From: Heterodontus francisci
Lineage: Eukaryota
Direction: 5' to 3'
Assembly: GCF_036365525.1 (NCBI RefSeq)
Contig: NC_090397.1
Span: 37,329,679 to 37,393,678 of the forward strand
Length of the DNA stretch: 64,000 nucleotides
Shown: in pieces, positions 40,580-52,039 of the stretch
Numbering within the stretch: position 1 is the stretch's first letter
How the letters are laid out: the number at the start of each line of letters is the position of its first letter
Notes under the pieces: generated by a model
The model's input: only the letters and a program-made list of their open reading frames with translations
Told to the model about the DNA's origin: nothing
Database searches by the model: none
Made by a program: the position numbers and the translations under genes

Positions 40580-41255
40580 TATTCGTTTATGGGATGTGGG
40601 TGCTGCTGCCAGGGCCAGCATTTATTGCCCACCTTTTATTGCCTTTGAGAAGATGGTGCTGATCTGCCTTGAAGTGCTCTAGTCCATGTGGTTAGGTGAA
40701 CCCACAGTGCTGCAATGCTGGGTGGTCCATTTGGTTTTATTCTTAATTGACTTTTTCATAGCGGTTTGATACAACTGAGTGGCTTGGGTCAACCACATTG
40801 CCGTGGGTCTGGAGTTACAGCTGGGTAAGTGTTAATTGTATAGTAATTGAGTATTTAATTATATTCGGGTGGTGTGAATTAACCGGGTATTCACTTGGGC
40901 TCCTATATATAGGAGCAGACTGAAACTTTGGGAGGGAGAGAGTTTTGGAGGTACAGGTTTGTAATGTGTATCTCTAAATAAAATCTTATAAATATTAGGC
41001 GTCAGTTCTATCCTTCACCACCTGACTTTCTGGAATAGAACATTAAGGACAGCAGATTTCCTTCCCCAAAGGACATTAGTGAACCTGATGGATTTTTATG
41101 ACAATCCGTTAGTTTCATGGTCAGCATTCCAGATTGATTTAATTAACTGAATTTTAAATTCCCCAGCTGTCATGGTGGGTTTTGAACTCATGTCTTTGGA
41201 TCATTAATCTGGGTGTCTGGATTATTAGTCCAAGTAACAGAACCACTATGCTATT
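40580..41255 (-). mobile_element. tRNA-headed SINE sharing its 3' tail with the LINE at 30880-30950; related copies at 18975-19245 and 58405-58860
   Basis: Shared blocks gggatgtggg...ccagcatttattgccc, gcagatttccttccc.aaaggacattagtgaacc and tggatta.tagtcca. Confidence 0.75.
40830..41042 (+). mobile_element. Short (213 bp) solo-LTR-like insertion inside the SINE
   Basis: TGTT...AACA termini; internal TATATATA then AATAAA; flanked by GTAAG/TTAAG. Absent from the sister SINE copy at ~58635. Confidence 0.65.
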
Positions 41256-41568
41256 AGGTTTTACTCTTGGACTCACTCTCATTGATTTTTATCTTTATTG
41301 AAAACTGCCATTATGGTGATGCCAACAGCATCAATGTGAGATAACTCTCACACTAATAGATGAACAACTGTAATATTTCATTAATAATCATCAATTGCAT
41401 GGAAATAAGACAATCAGCACATCTCATATGGAGCCGAATATATAGTGGGACTGTTTTTTAAACTATATATTCTCAAAGATGACAATCACAACTAAAATAA
41501 ACATTTTTACTTTTCTGAATTTGCTTTTGAGTTCTTCTATAGTAATCTGAAGGCCGTGTAAAGGATAG

Positions 41569-41672
41569 TCCCCATTTGGAGCTCTTATTCAAGACTGTGT
41601 TGTACCAGAGTACTTCTCCCTCAGGCCATAGGAGACGTCCCCAAAATATCGAATCCACACACACTGTTAGAC
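41569..41672 (-). CDS. ALG12: ALG12 coding exon 5 (104 nt)
   Basis: TTTCAG| acceptor. Translates (G)[34 protein letters not shown] and joins in frame to TSPF of the next exon. Confidence 0.94.
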
Positions 41673-41775
41673 CTGAAATGAAACATACTGGAGGTTACTA
41701 GATGTGTTTATTTGGTTGTATGAGCAAGTCTTTAAATTCAAGACCCTGTCAAAGAACAAACAGAATGTTACTTAC

Positions 41776-41970
41776 CTAACCACACCAAGCCAGCTGGTAC
41801 TGCATGGCAGAGACTTTTGAAAATAGAAATACGATGGGTCACTAATGACAGCAGCAGCATGAGGCCCAGGAATATGCAAAGCTCGGATCGGAACACAATA
41901 ATAGATAACGCAGAAAGCCAGATAAAGGTGCCATGGTTCTGTTGCATCCAGGCAGTAAACGCCAAGATAA
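41776..41970 (-). CDS. ALG12: ALG12 coding exon 4 (195 nt)
   Basis: TTTTACAG| ... |GTAAGT. Translates (V)ILAFTAWMQQNHGTFIWLSALSIIVFRSELCIFLGL...AGLVWL. Confidence 0.95.
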
Positions 41971-42184
41971 CTGTAAAATAGACGAAATATACATTTTTCA
42001 AATTAGTGTGTCCCTTAAAGACTATGTCCCTAAATAATGTTTCAAGTTTTTTTTAAACCTTTGCTGGAAGTAAAAGATCCTGCATATCAACATTTAATCC
42101 TTAAAACAATTTTTCAAATTTTAATTTAGCCCATCACAGTTCCATTATTACAAGTACTATATATTCTCAGTTACTACCTTCAGG

Positions 42185-42505
42185 AGTCAGCCTTGGCTCA
42201 GTGGCAGCACTTGTCTCCGAGTCGGAAGGTTGTGGGCTCATGCCTCACACCAGCATTTGAGCACATAATCTAGCGTGACACTTTGGTGCAGTACTGAGGG
42301 AGTGCTGCATGGTTAGAGGTTCCAACTTTCAGATGAGACATTAAACCGAGGCCCTATCTGTTCTCTTATGGACATGAAAGATCCCATGGCCCGATACAAA
42401 GAAGTTCTGCCAGTTACAATACTTCAAAAGTACTTAATTGTCTATGAAGTGCTTTGGGAAGTCCTGAGGTTGGGAAAGGTGTGATAGAAATAGCTTGCAT
42501 TTATT
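42185..42505 (+). mobile_element. Deu-domain-type SINE (SacSINE1-like); related fragments at ~4750-5055 (+), 34740-35020 (-), 47335-47675 (-), 63900-64000 (-)
   Basis: Head tggctcagtggcagcac...; core cagatgagacattaaaccgaggccc...aaagatcccatggc; L2-like tail aagtgctttggga.gtcctgaggt. Family name is from recall. Confidence 0.65.
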
Positions 42506-43019
42506 TCTAGATTATATTGAATTTCAGTCCATTAAACATCCTTTTTTATTAAACATCTAATTTCTGGTGATACTGCATAGGAGGTGTCAAACAAAGATGA
42601 AGTCTGCTCCAATATGAGCCTCCGGTATCACGCCTTACCCCCTTAATCCCAGCCACCCAGTACTGCTGAGGTTTCAGTAAGAAGATTGGAGCCATATGAT
42701 AGAAAACACTTCATTTCATGCATTCCACTATTTTATTGTGTTTCATGAATGGCATAAAATAAATGTATTTCCATCACTACACTGTTCCACAGTATTTAAA
42801 GAGATTGTTAATTAATATATTATGAAAGCTCTCAGCTTACTGTCAAATAGAATTATGTATATGCATATTTCAGAATTCATCTTATTTCCTGAATTTGACT
42901 AACATAAATATGAAAATTAGTTCATACATTTCCAAGTTTATTGCAGTGGCAAACCAAGTTACAATGGACTCCATCTCCACAAAAGAATAAAATAAAAAGA
43001 ATTATAAAGCTGCACTCAC

Positions 43020-43193
43020 CAATAGGAAATGCAAATATATTTGGGAGAGTTCTTGAGCAGTAGAAGAGAAGATGAAACTGCGTTGTTGAGATCCAACAGT
43101 AAAAACAAGCTACTGTTGAGCCAAACTGTTTCCTAACTGTTTTCTGAAATGTCCACAATGCATAAATCACACAGAGACCCAGACATCCTCGAA
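43020..43193 (-). CDS. ALG12: ALG12 coding exon 3 (174 nt)
   Basis: AAACAG| ... |GTGAGT. Translates (V)[13 protein letters not shown]...[20 protein letters not shown], with the RTLPN motif. Confidence 0.95.
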
Positions 43194-43329
43194 CTGTTTT
43201 TAAAAAAAAACAAAGGAAGCTGAATACAATTAAACATTTTTTCATTCATAGCGATTACATTTCTGGTAGGTTTAGAAAACCAGAAGATCAAAATAAAAGG
43301 AGTACTTATTACATAGTCCAGCTACCCTG

Positions 43330-46300
43330 TTTACCAACTGGCCACAACAAGGAAGATATCCAGACTATGGCAAACAAATTCTCGAGTGCTGCCAATAATT
43401 TTGGTCTCCAAATCAGTGTCTCCAAGACCGAGGTGATATTTCAGTCAGCACCAGGCACACGCTATGAAGCGCCAGACATAACCATTGATGGCACCAGTCT
43501 CAAGGCTGTAGAAAAATTTCCATACCTTGGTAGTGTGCTCTCTAGGAATGCCATATTGATGAAGATATCTATGCACGCAACCAGAAAGCAAGCTCTGCCT
43601 ACGGGTGACCCCATGATGAAGTCCAGAAGCAGCATGGCATCGGGCTAAAGACTAAAATCAAACTCTACTAGGCCATTGTCCTTACCACTGTGCTGTATGA
43701 CGCAGAATCCTACGTCTGCTATAGGCTCCACATCAAAGCTCTGGAAGACTTCCACTAAAGACACCCGAGATCCATCATGAGATTTCGATGGCAGGACAAA
43801 ATCACAAACAACGAGGTCCTCCACCGTGCTGGGATCAACAGCATGGAGATCACCCTCCAGAAAATTCAACTTAGATGCACAGGCCATGTCTTCCGTATGA
43901 ATGCTTACAGAATCCCCAAGCAGATCTTCTATGGGGAATTGTCTGGAGCATAAGATCTTAAAAAATAGGAGCAGCAGTAGGCCATCCAGCCCCTAGAGCT
44001 TGCTCCGCCATACCTTCCCGCCTGCCCCCAAAACTCTTTACTCCCTTGTATATCAAAAATCTCTCTAACTCAGCCTTGAACATGTTCAATGACCAAGCCT
44101 CCACTGTTCTCTGGGGAAAGAAAATTCCAAAGATTACCTACCCTCAGAGAAGAAATTCCTCCTCATCTCTGTCTTAAAAGACCCCTTATTTTGAAACTGT
44201 GCCCCCTAGTTCTAGATTCCCCTACAAGGGAAAGCAACCTCTCAGCATCTACCCTGTCAGGCACCCTCAGAATCTTATATGTTTCAATAAGATCACCTCT
44301 CATTCTTCTGAAGTTCAATGAGTATAGGCCCAACCTTTCCTCATAAGACAATCCCTTCATCCCAGGAATCAGCATATCCTTCCTTAGGTAAGGAGGCCAA
44401 AACTGTACACAGTACTCTAGGTATGGTCTCACCAATGTCCTGTACAGTTGTAGCAAGATTTCCCTATTATACTCCACCCCCCTCTTGCAATAAATGCCAA
44501 CATTCCATTTGCCTTCCTAATTACTTGATGTATCTGCATGCTAACTTTTTGTGATTCATGTACGACACCCAGATCCCGCAACACTCAAGCATTCTGCAGT
44601 CTCCCTCCACGCAAGTAATATTCTGCTTTTCTATTCTTCTTGCCAGTCACCAACCTCGCACTTTCCCACATTATACTCCATCTGCCAAATTTTTGCCCAC
44701 TCACTTAACCTATCTGTATCTCTGCAGATACTGCGTGTCCTCCTCACAACTTGCTTTCCTACCTACCTTTGTATTGTTTGCAAACTTGGCTACAATACAC
44801 TCAGTCCCTTTATCCAAGTCATTAATGCAGATGTTAAATAACAGGGGCCTCAGCACTGATCCCTATGGCACTCCACTAGTTACAGTTTGCCAATCTGAAA
44901 TTGCCCCATTTACCCCGACTCTCTGTTTTCTGTTAGTTAGCCAATCTTCTATCTATGCCCCAACACCATGTAATAACCTTTATGTGGCTCCTTATTGAAT
45001 ACCTTGTGGAAATCCAAATGCACTACATCTACTGGCTCCCCTTTATCCACCCTGCTTGTTACATCCTCAAGGAACTCGAATAAGTTTGTCAAACACAATT
45101 TCCCTTTCATAAAACCATGCTGATTCTTCCTGATTGCATGATGATTTTCTAAATGTCCTGCTACTACTTAATAATTCTAGCATTTTCCCAATGACTGATG
45201 TTAGGCTAACTGGCCTATAGTTTCCTGCTTTTTGTCACTCCCCTTGCTTGAATAGATGTGTTACACTTGCGGTTTTCCAATCTGCTGGGACCTTTCCAGA
45301 ATCTAGGGAATTTTGGAAGATGACAACAAATGCATCCACTATTGTTGAGGCTCAGATGAGATCAGCCATGATCGTACTGAATGGCGGAGCAGGCTGGAGG
45401 GGCTGAATTGCTTACTCCTGCGCCTAGTTCTTATGTTCTTATCTCTGCAGGTACTTCTTTTAAGACCCTAGGATGCAGGCCATCAGGTCCAGGGGGCTTG
45501 TCAGCCTTTAGTCCCATTAATTTTCTTTGTACTTCTTGTCCAGTGATGGTGATAATTTTAAGTTCCTCCCTCCCTTTTGCCTCTTGATTCTCTGCTATTC
45601 TTGAGGTTTTTTCATGTCTTCTACTGTGAAGACAGATACAAAATACTTGTTCAAAGTCTCAGCCATTTCCTTATTTCCTATTAATTCCCCAGTCTCATTC
45701 TCCAAGTGACCAATGCGTACTTTGTTACTCTCTTCCTCTTTACATATTTGTAGAAGTTCTTATTGTCTATTTTCATATTTTTTGCAGGTTTACTCTGATA
45801 CTCTAATTTCTCCCTCTAATTTCTCCCTCTTTTTTTTTTTAAGTCATTTTCTGGCCTACCACCAATCTTGGCAGCATTGTACACCTTTTCTCTCAATTTG
45901 ATACCATCCTTAACTTCCTTAGTTAGCCATGGATGGTGCATCTTTCTCAGAGTCTTTCTTTCTCAATGGAATATATCTTTCTTGAGATTTATGAAATATC
46001 ATCTTAAGTGTCTGCTACTGCTTCTCTACTGCCTTACCTTTTAACTTATTTTCCCAAACCACTTTAACTAACTCTGTCTTCATACCCTTGTAATTGCCTT
46101 AATTAAGTTTAAGACACTAGTTTCAGACCCAAATTTCTCACCCTTAAAGTGAATGTGAAATTCTATCATGTTATGATCACTCTTGCCTAGAAGATCCTTT
46201 GCTATGAGGTTTATTGATCCTGCCTCATTACACATTGCCATGTCTAAAACAGCCTGCTCCCGAGTTGGTTCCAGAATGTACTGTTCTAAGAAACTGTTGC

Positions 46301-46530
46301 TAATACACTCCATAAACTCATCCTCCAGTCTAATTTGATTAGACTAATCTATATGAAGATTAAAATCACCCACGATTATTGCAGTACCTTTCCTACAAGG
46401 CCCATTATTTCAAACGACACCAAGGTGGTCAGTACAAATAATATAAGGACATTCTAAAAAAAAAAACAGCCTTACAAATATCTGCATTGAAAACCACCTC
46501 TCTTGGGAAAATACTACAGCCAACCAGCCC
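43330..46530 (+). mobile_element. RTE-clade LINE fragment (43330-43948 plus 46411-46530) split by a CR1 insertion
   Basis: ORF relic FGLQISVSKTEVIFQ...LKAVEKFPYLGS, then RIPKQIFYGEL..G, resuming after the CR1 as KRHQGGQYK.YKDIL. Confidence 0.8.
43949..46410 (-). mobile_element. CR1 LINE, ~2.4 kb (endonuclease end, RT, 3' tail), containing an inverted CR1-tail fragment at ~45345-45440
   Basis: ORF relics FLEQYILEPTREQAVLD...LGKSDHNMIEF and LYRTLVRPYLEYCVQFWPP. Confidence 0.92.
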
Positions 46531-48849
46531 ATGTGGAGGTAAGCACTGAAATTTGGTTCAGCATGTTTCCAGAACCATCTACGCCAAAGTTTCAAAATCT
46601 GAGGTGCCCAGAAAAGGCCAGAGGTGGCGTAGCTGCAGAAGTTCGCCCAAGCACCAATAATGACAATATGAACTACCAGTTCTATGGACATCCATGCCGA
46701 TCCCTCAGTCATGAGGACCCACAGAAGATAATGAAATCATTTACAGCTTGGACATACTCAAACAAGAAATCTACCACGGCCAAGCACTCATTAACCAGAA
46801 ATCCTAACAACGCTTCCACCTTCAATTCTCTGCTACCCAATGGATTCCAGTTATACTTGTTAATAGATGGGAGATCATGGACCATAATTTGCTGTGGCAA
46901 TTTAGCTAATGCATCTGCCATTTGTTGGACTTCTTGTGTATATAGTTTTTAAAGATTTTCACATAGTGTGTTGTTGAAATTACAAGTTGATAACGTCACA
47001 GCCAGGCAAACAGGGCATTTGGGACCTGAATGAGCAGGGAAAGCAGCTATGTATTCCCTTAAGCAATCAGATGAAGGATGTGAAATTAACAGTACAAGGA
47101 CCAAAATGGAAGTGTAAATTAGAGTGGGTGAATTCTATTTCTGTTTCTCTACATGTTTTGACATTAAGAGAGGGATTTGATCAATGAAGAGAAAAAAAAA
47201 TAAAAAAATAATAAATTAAAAAGTTACATTTTTAAAAATCTCCAACAACAATTAAAGCCAGAAGGAATGAGACTCCTTACTTGTAATAGTTACTCAGCAG
47301 TGTCAGAGAAGCTGACTGGCAGTAATTAAGAAGGAAAGAAAGGCTTGCAGTTTTATAGCATTGTTCATGACCACAGGATGCCCCAAAGCACTTTACAACC
47401 AATAAAGTACTGTTGAAGTGCTGTAATGTAGGAAACGTGATAGCCATTTTGTGCACAGTAAGCTTCCACAAACATCAAAATGATCATGACCAGATCATGT
47501 TTTAATGATGTTGGTTGAGGCATAAATATTGGCTAGGACACCAGGGATAACTCTCATACTCTTCTTCAAAATAGTACTTCTATGTTCACCTGAGAGCACA
47601 TACAGGATCTCAGTTTTACCCTCTCCTCTGAAAGATGGCACTTCTCACAGCGCAAGGTTCCCTCAGTACTGCACAAGTTAAAAAAAATGCAAAGCTGAAA
47701 TTTTGACATGGGGATATGAGGTAACCAATATTGCTTTTGGTATAACAGAAAAAAATTCTCAGCAGGTTTGGCAGCATCTGTGAATAGAGAAACAGTGAAC
47801 GTTTCAGGTCGGTGATCCTTTGTCAGGGCTTTGCTCTTGTACATTGCTTTTGATGCCGATATGAAAAAGGTATTACTTTATCCAATTTTGTGAGTTGAAT
47901 TCACTTGAGAAAAGTTGGAGAAAGAGAGAGCTTTTTGTCTTACTCTGTTCAGCCTAAGGACCAAGCCAGACAATGAAACAAAAGCAAAATACTGTGGATG
48001 ATGGAAATCCAAAATAAAAACAGAAAATGCTGGAAATACTCAGCGGATCAGGGAGCATCCATGCAGACAGAAACAGAAACAGAGTGAATGTTTCAGGTCA
48101 ATAACCTTTTGTTAGAAAGAAACACCTAGGAGACTCAAGGTAAGGTTGAAAGGAAAGGAGTCTAATGTTACTCACTTCAGTGGAGGGGAGTGGGGAAAGA
48201 GAGGGAGAGAATGCCTGCAGTACTGATCAGCCAACTCCATAATATTTGGTACAAGTAATATAGAATAAATGTATAAATGCATGTATCAAATAAAGAGAAG
48301 ATGGAAAGACCACGAATAGCTAATGATTTTGGCATCTAGGTTATTCCTTCTGAGATACAAAAGCTCATTGCAAGAAAAGGCAACAGGAGATTGATGCAGG
48401 AGAAGATTTAGGTTTGACTCAAATGGTGTATCCACTTTCAAATAAGAAAGTCATTGCTTTTTTACTGATACAATAGACTTTAAAATAGAGCATTTCAGTG
48501 CTATGGTTTGTTTGGTTATTCAACTATAAAGGCCTATACATAGCATAATCCTTGAAACTGGAATTCTAAAACATGTTACATTAAATGAAACCGTACACTT
48601 GTAATTTTGAAAACATGTTTTTCTACTATTTGTGGTGATTACTTCAATAACCATGCTGCCTTTGCACATGTAGATTTAAAATAATAAGTGATGTTACAAA
48701 AACAATGTTGGCTGCCCTTAATTTCTCTAATAAGGCAACAGTTAAATGGTATTGAAAGAATATTGAACTTTATTCAGCTGACCGGCAGACTATTTCCTTA
48801 TCATTTAGGTTGGCAATGTAAGACAACTCAACAAAATAAGTTCAGCATC

Positions 48850-49782
48850 TGTTACAAGTGCTTCCATTCTTTTGATAAATTCTGAAGATTTATGTTTTAA
48901 AACTGAAAAGGGATCCATGGATTTTTTTTTTTTTTTACAAGGGTTACTGGAAGGCACCTGTCTTCAAATACTTACCCCATCAGGGGTTGTTTTTGTCTTG
49001 GGGAAAGATGTTTATGAAGAAGTGACAGGTCAAGATTTATAGGAGTCAGGAGGCTTGATTCTTGTGACATTGTTTTTGGTTTCGCTTTGGACCATGAGTT
49101 GGGATATGGACAATGGTTTCAAAAACTCAGCTGGAGAAAACTGGCCAAGGGAGCAAAACCCCAGCTCACTCTGTTCCAGCTCTTTGAAAAAGGCTACCAG
49201 TTTTCCATCTCTTGAGAAGCTGAGAAGCAAGCGGAAGAAACTGCCTGAACCCCTGTAACTGCATTTTCCCTGGAAAGCCTGCACAATCTCATCTTCAACG
49301 TCACCTGTCAAGAACTGTTCTAGGAAGATCCCAGTGACAGACGTCTATACGTACTTGGGATGCCAATTCAAAAAAAAAAAACATCTGACGTCTTTTCATA
49401 TCTTCTCTTTTTTCCTTCAAGAATTAGCAAGTATTTTGGCCAACATTTTCTTTTTTGTAATAGAGCTCGAAAAAGAAAATCTCTTTTTTTTGGTTAACTG
49501 GTGTGTATGTGTGAGGGACCGGGGCTAAGGTAAAAAGAGAACTTTTATATTTCAATCTGTGTATTTATGCTTTGCTTCATTACTGGTTAAGACTTGTTAT
49601 ATAATAAACTGATAATTTTGTTGTTTATTAAAGAAACCCAGTTGATGTTTTTTATTCCGGGATAAAAATAGAGTCTATGATTAACCGTATCGGTAAGTTG
49701 GAAAAAAAATTAAATATATGTTGTGACCTCTGGAGAAGTGGACTAGAATAAACAGTGCACACCTCCTGCCTCAGTCATAACA
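48850..49782 (+). mobile_element. Solo LTR, 933 bp, 4-bp TSD CATC
   Basis: Termini TGTTAC...ATAACA; CATC at 48846-48849 and 49783-49786; AATAAA at ~49603 and ~49747. Confidence 0.85.
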
Positions 49783-49871
49783 CATCAAACAAGATACATT
49801 CCAATTTTTTATCAATTGTGGCCATTGGAAAACTGAAATATTCCAGCTATCAGCCCCATCTTAACATCTAG

Positions 49872-50214
49872 TTTTAGATTAGAGATACAGCACTGAAACA
49901 GGCCCTTCGGCCCACCGAGTCTGTGCCGACCATCAACCACCCATTTATACTAATCCTACACTAATCCCATATTCCTACCAAACATCCCCACCTGTCCCTA
50001 TATTTCCCTACCACCTACCTATACTAGTGACAATTTATAATGGCCAATTTACCTATCAACCTGCAAGTCTTTTGGCTTGTGGGAGGAAACCGGAGCACCC
50101 GGAGAAAACCCACGCAGACACAGGGAGAACTTGCAAACTCCACACAGGCAGTACCCAGAATCGAACCCGGGTCCCTGGAGCTGTGAGGCTGCAGTGCTAA
50201 CCACTGCGCCGCCC
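49872..50214 (-). mobile_element. HE1-like V-SINE
   Basis: Near-identical to 2673-3024, with a short deletion in the head. Confidence 0.9.
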
Positions 50215-50877
50215 CTGAAAATTCCTGAAAATAGAATATCCAGTCCTAAAAAGGGCTCAGAGCTGAGGTCCAAAATAAGCATTAATCATTCTAACAGAGA
50301 CAGCACACTACAATATACTAAGCTGCATGCATGTGTCAATATTAACTGTTTTGTTGGGCCACAACCAGGATCTGTCCACAAAAGCCATACTATGAGCTGA
50401 ACCAATAATTAGGAATAATTTTTATTTAGAAATACAATAGAAAGATTTATTGACAAGATGTTCATTTACTACGATTCAAATAATAAACTGGAACAAATAT
50501 TGAGAGTATTTTCATTGAGGCAGAGATTCCAGATATATCAGTAAAATGCTTAACACAGCACTATAGTGTTATACTCCACGGAGTATTAGTCAAATTGGAG
50601 TGAGCCTGCCTACTTCAGATCTCACTACATCTCACAAAAGCATAACTGCACCCTATAACAGATTATTTAATATATTCTCAATTGTAGTAAAAGTAGATAT
50701 ATGTTATGCAGTATGTATAAAAGGGTTCTAATTAAACTATTTATCAAGTTTTATGCAAAAGTTATAGGTTTTTGTAGAGCATGCTTGGATGATTGCCAAG
50801 ATTTCTTTCTCAGCTTCGAAACCAACTGCAGAGACGAAGACTGCAGTGCAATTTAACTTAAAATTAGTCAGACATAC

Positions 50878-51010
50878 CTAGAAGCTGTGAGTAAAACTTG
50901 GACACGTCAAGAGTTGAGAGGACAGAAGCTGCCGGTGCAGAGAGCAATGAAAGAAAAAGCGGCCCCACGAAGGTCCTTGGAACAACACCGGGGAACTCGT
51001 GGTGATCGTA
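50878..51010 (-). CDS. ALG12: ALG12 coding exon 2 (133 nt)
   Basis: TTTTGCAG| ... |GTATGT. Translates [26 protein letters not shown]...SKFYSQLL. Confidence 0.96.
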
Positions 51011-51141
51011 CTGCAAAAACAAAAAGAGGCCCAGAAAGCGCTTGACATCATTCTCCGAAAATGAAACAGGCAGAAATGGACACCGATTCAATGTAGCGGG
51101 AGGAGCTGGAGTACAAGTTGCAGGCTCTCTGGAGCTACTAC

Positions 51142-51306
51142 CTTGTCCAGATGCAGGCGGTGGTACAGCAGGTCGTGCGCCGCTTGCAGGTTGAAACTTT
51201 CCTCTACTTTAGTGAAGGGACAGGCCAGCAGATGGAGGGAGGCGAGCAGAACCAGAAGCACCAAGAGCAACGCTTCCCTTCGCCCAGCCCGGCTCCTCTC
51301 AGCCAT
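51142..51306 (-). CDS. ALG12: ALG12 (Dol-P-Man:Man7GlcNAc2-PP-Dol alpha-1,6-mannosyltransferase) coding exon 1
   Basis: ATG in AACATGG context at 51306. Translates [15 protein letters not shown]...[21 protein letters not shown]; donor AAG|GTAGTA. A probable upstream acceptor TTTTCTGCAG| puts the exon start at 51359. The nine exons sum to 1491 nt with consistent phases. Confidence 0.96.
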
Positions 51307-51784
51307 GTTGCATTCACGTAGAGAGCCAAGGGTCAAAGGCGAGGAAGCACACTCACTGTCTGCAGAAAACAGTCAAAGTGCTGGCACAGCAATGCAAAAC
51401 AAAGTTAGCACCAGCTCCGTGTACACACGACAATTGAAATGTTGTCTGGACTGGCTGCCAAAAACCGTCTGCGTTCAGCAGATATTTTGGAAGCAATACT
51501 GTCATCACATTTGGTCTGTGTGTATTGCAGAGTCACTTAGCGTCCTCATGGTGGAGATGAGGCTCCAGCAGAGTGCTACACAAAGCTTTAAATAGAGGAA
51601 ATATCCAGCAACCGAACGCCCTCCCCGATGACGGCTAACAACATCCAGTTCAAAGGAGACCTACACAGGATGTCACTGCCCACAATGTGCATTCGCTGCG
51701 ATTGAGTCTGAGATTTCATTATTTACAATAAGTTAGGGCTCTTTTCATGTTGTCATTTGTGTGCATTAACAGTAATAACGCAAT

Positions 51785-51990
51785 TTTCTGTTGGACCTAA
51801 CTGATTGTGTTTGCCTGTTTATGCACGGATTTCTGTTTGCCTGTATTTATACATAGCTCTGTGTTTATGCATTAATTTGTTTGCCTGTATTAATATAGAT
51901 CGGTGTTCAGGCATTAATTTCTGTTTGCCTGTATTTATACATAGATCTGTGTTCAGGCATTAATTTCTGTTTGCCTGTATTTATGTATGA
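51785..51990. repeat. Minisatellite, ~46-bp unit, about 4 imperfect copies
   Basis: Unit ttctgtttgcctgtatttatacatagatctgtgttcaggcattaat. Confidence 0.85.
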
Positions 51991-52039
51991 ATTACTATCT
52001 GGATAGACTCATGCATTGATTCATGATATCACTAGCCAA

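Larger units (their letters stand above)
39325..41568 (-). other. U12-type (minor spliceosome) intron of ALG12 with atypical CT-AG termini
   Basis: 5' end CTATCCTTTAC (U12 consensus RTATCCTTT). Branch sequence TTCCTTGAC at 39348-39340, with the branch A about 17 nt from the 3' splice site. No polypyrimidine tract follows the branch site. Confidence 0.85.

Noticed and set aside
51785-51990. Repeat array superficially resembling CRISPR
   Set aside because: Eukaryotic context, contiguous tandem units without unique spacers, and no cas genes.
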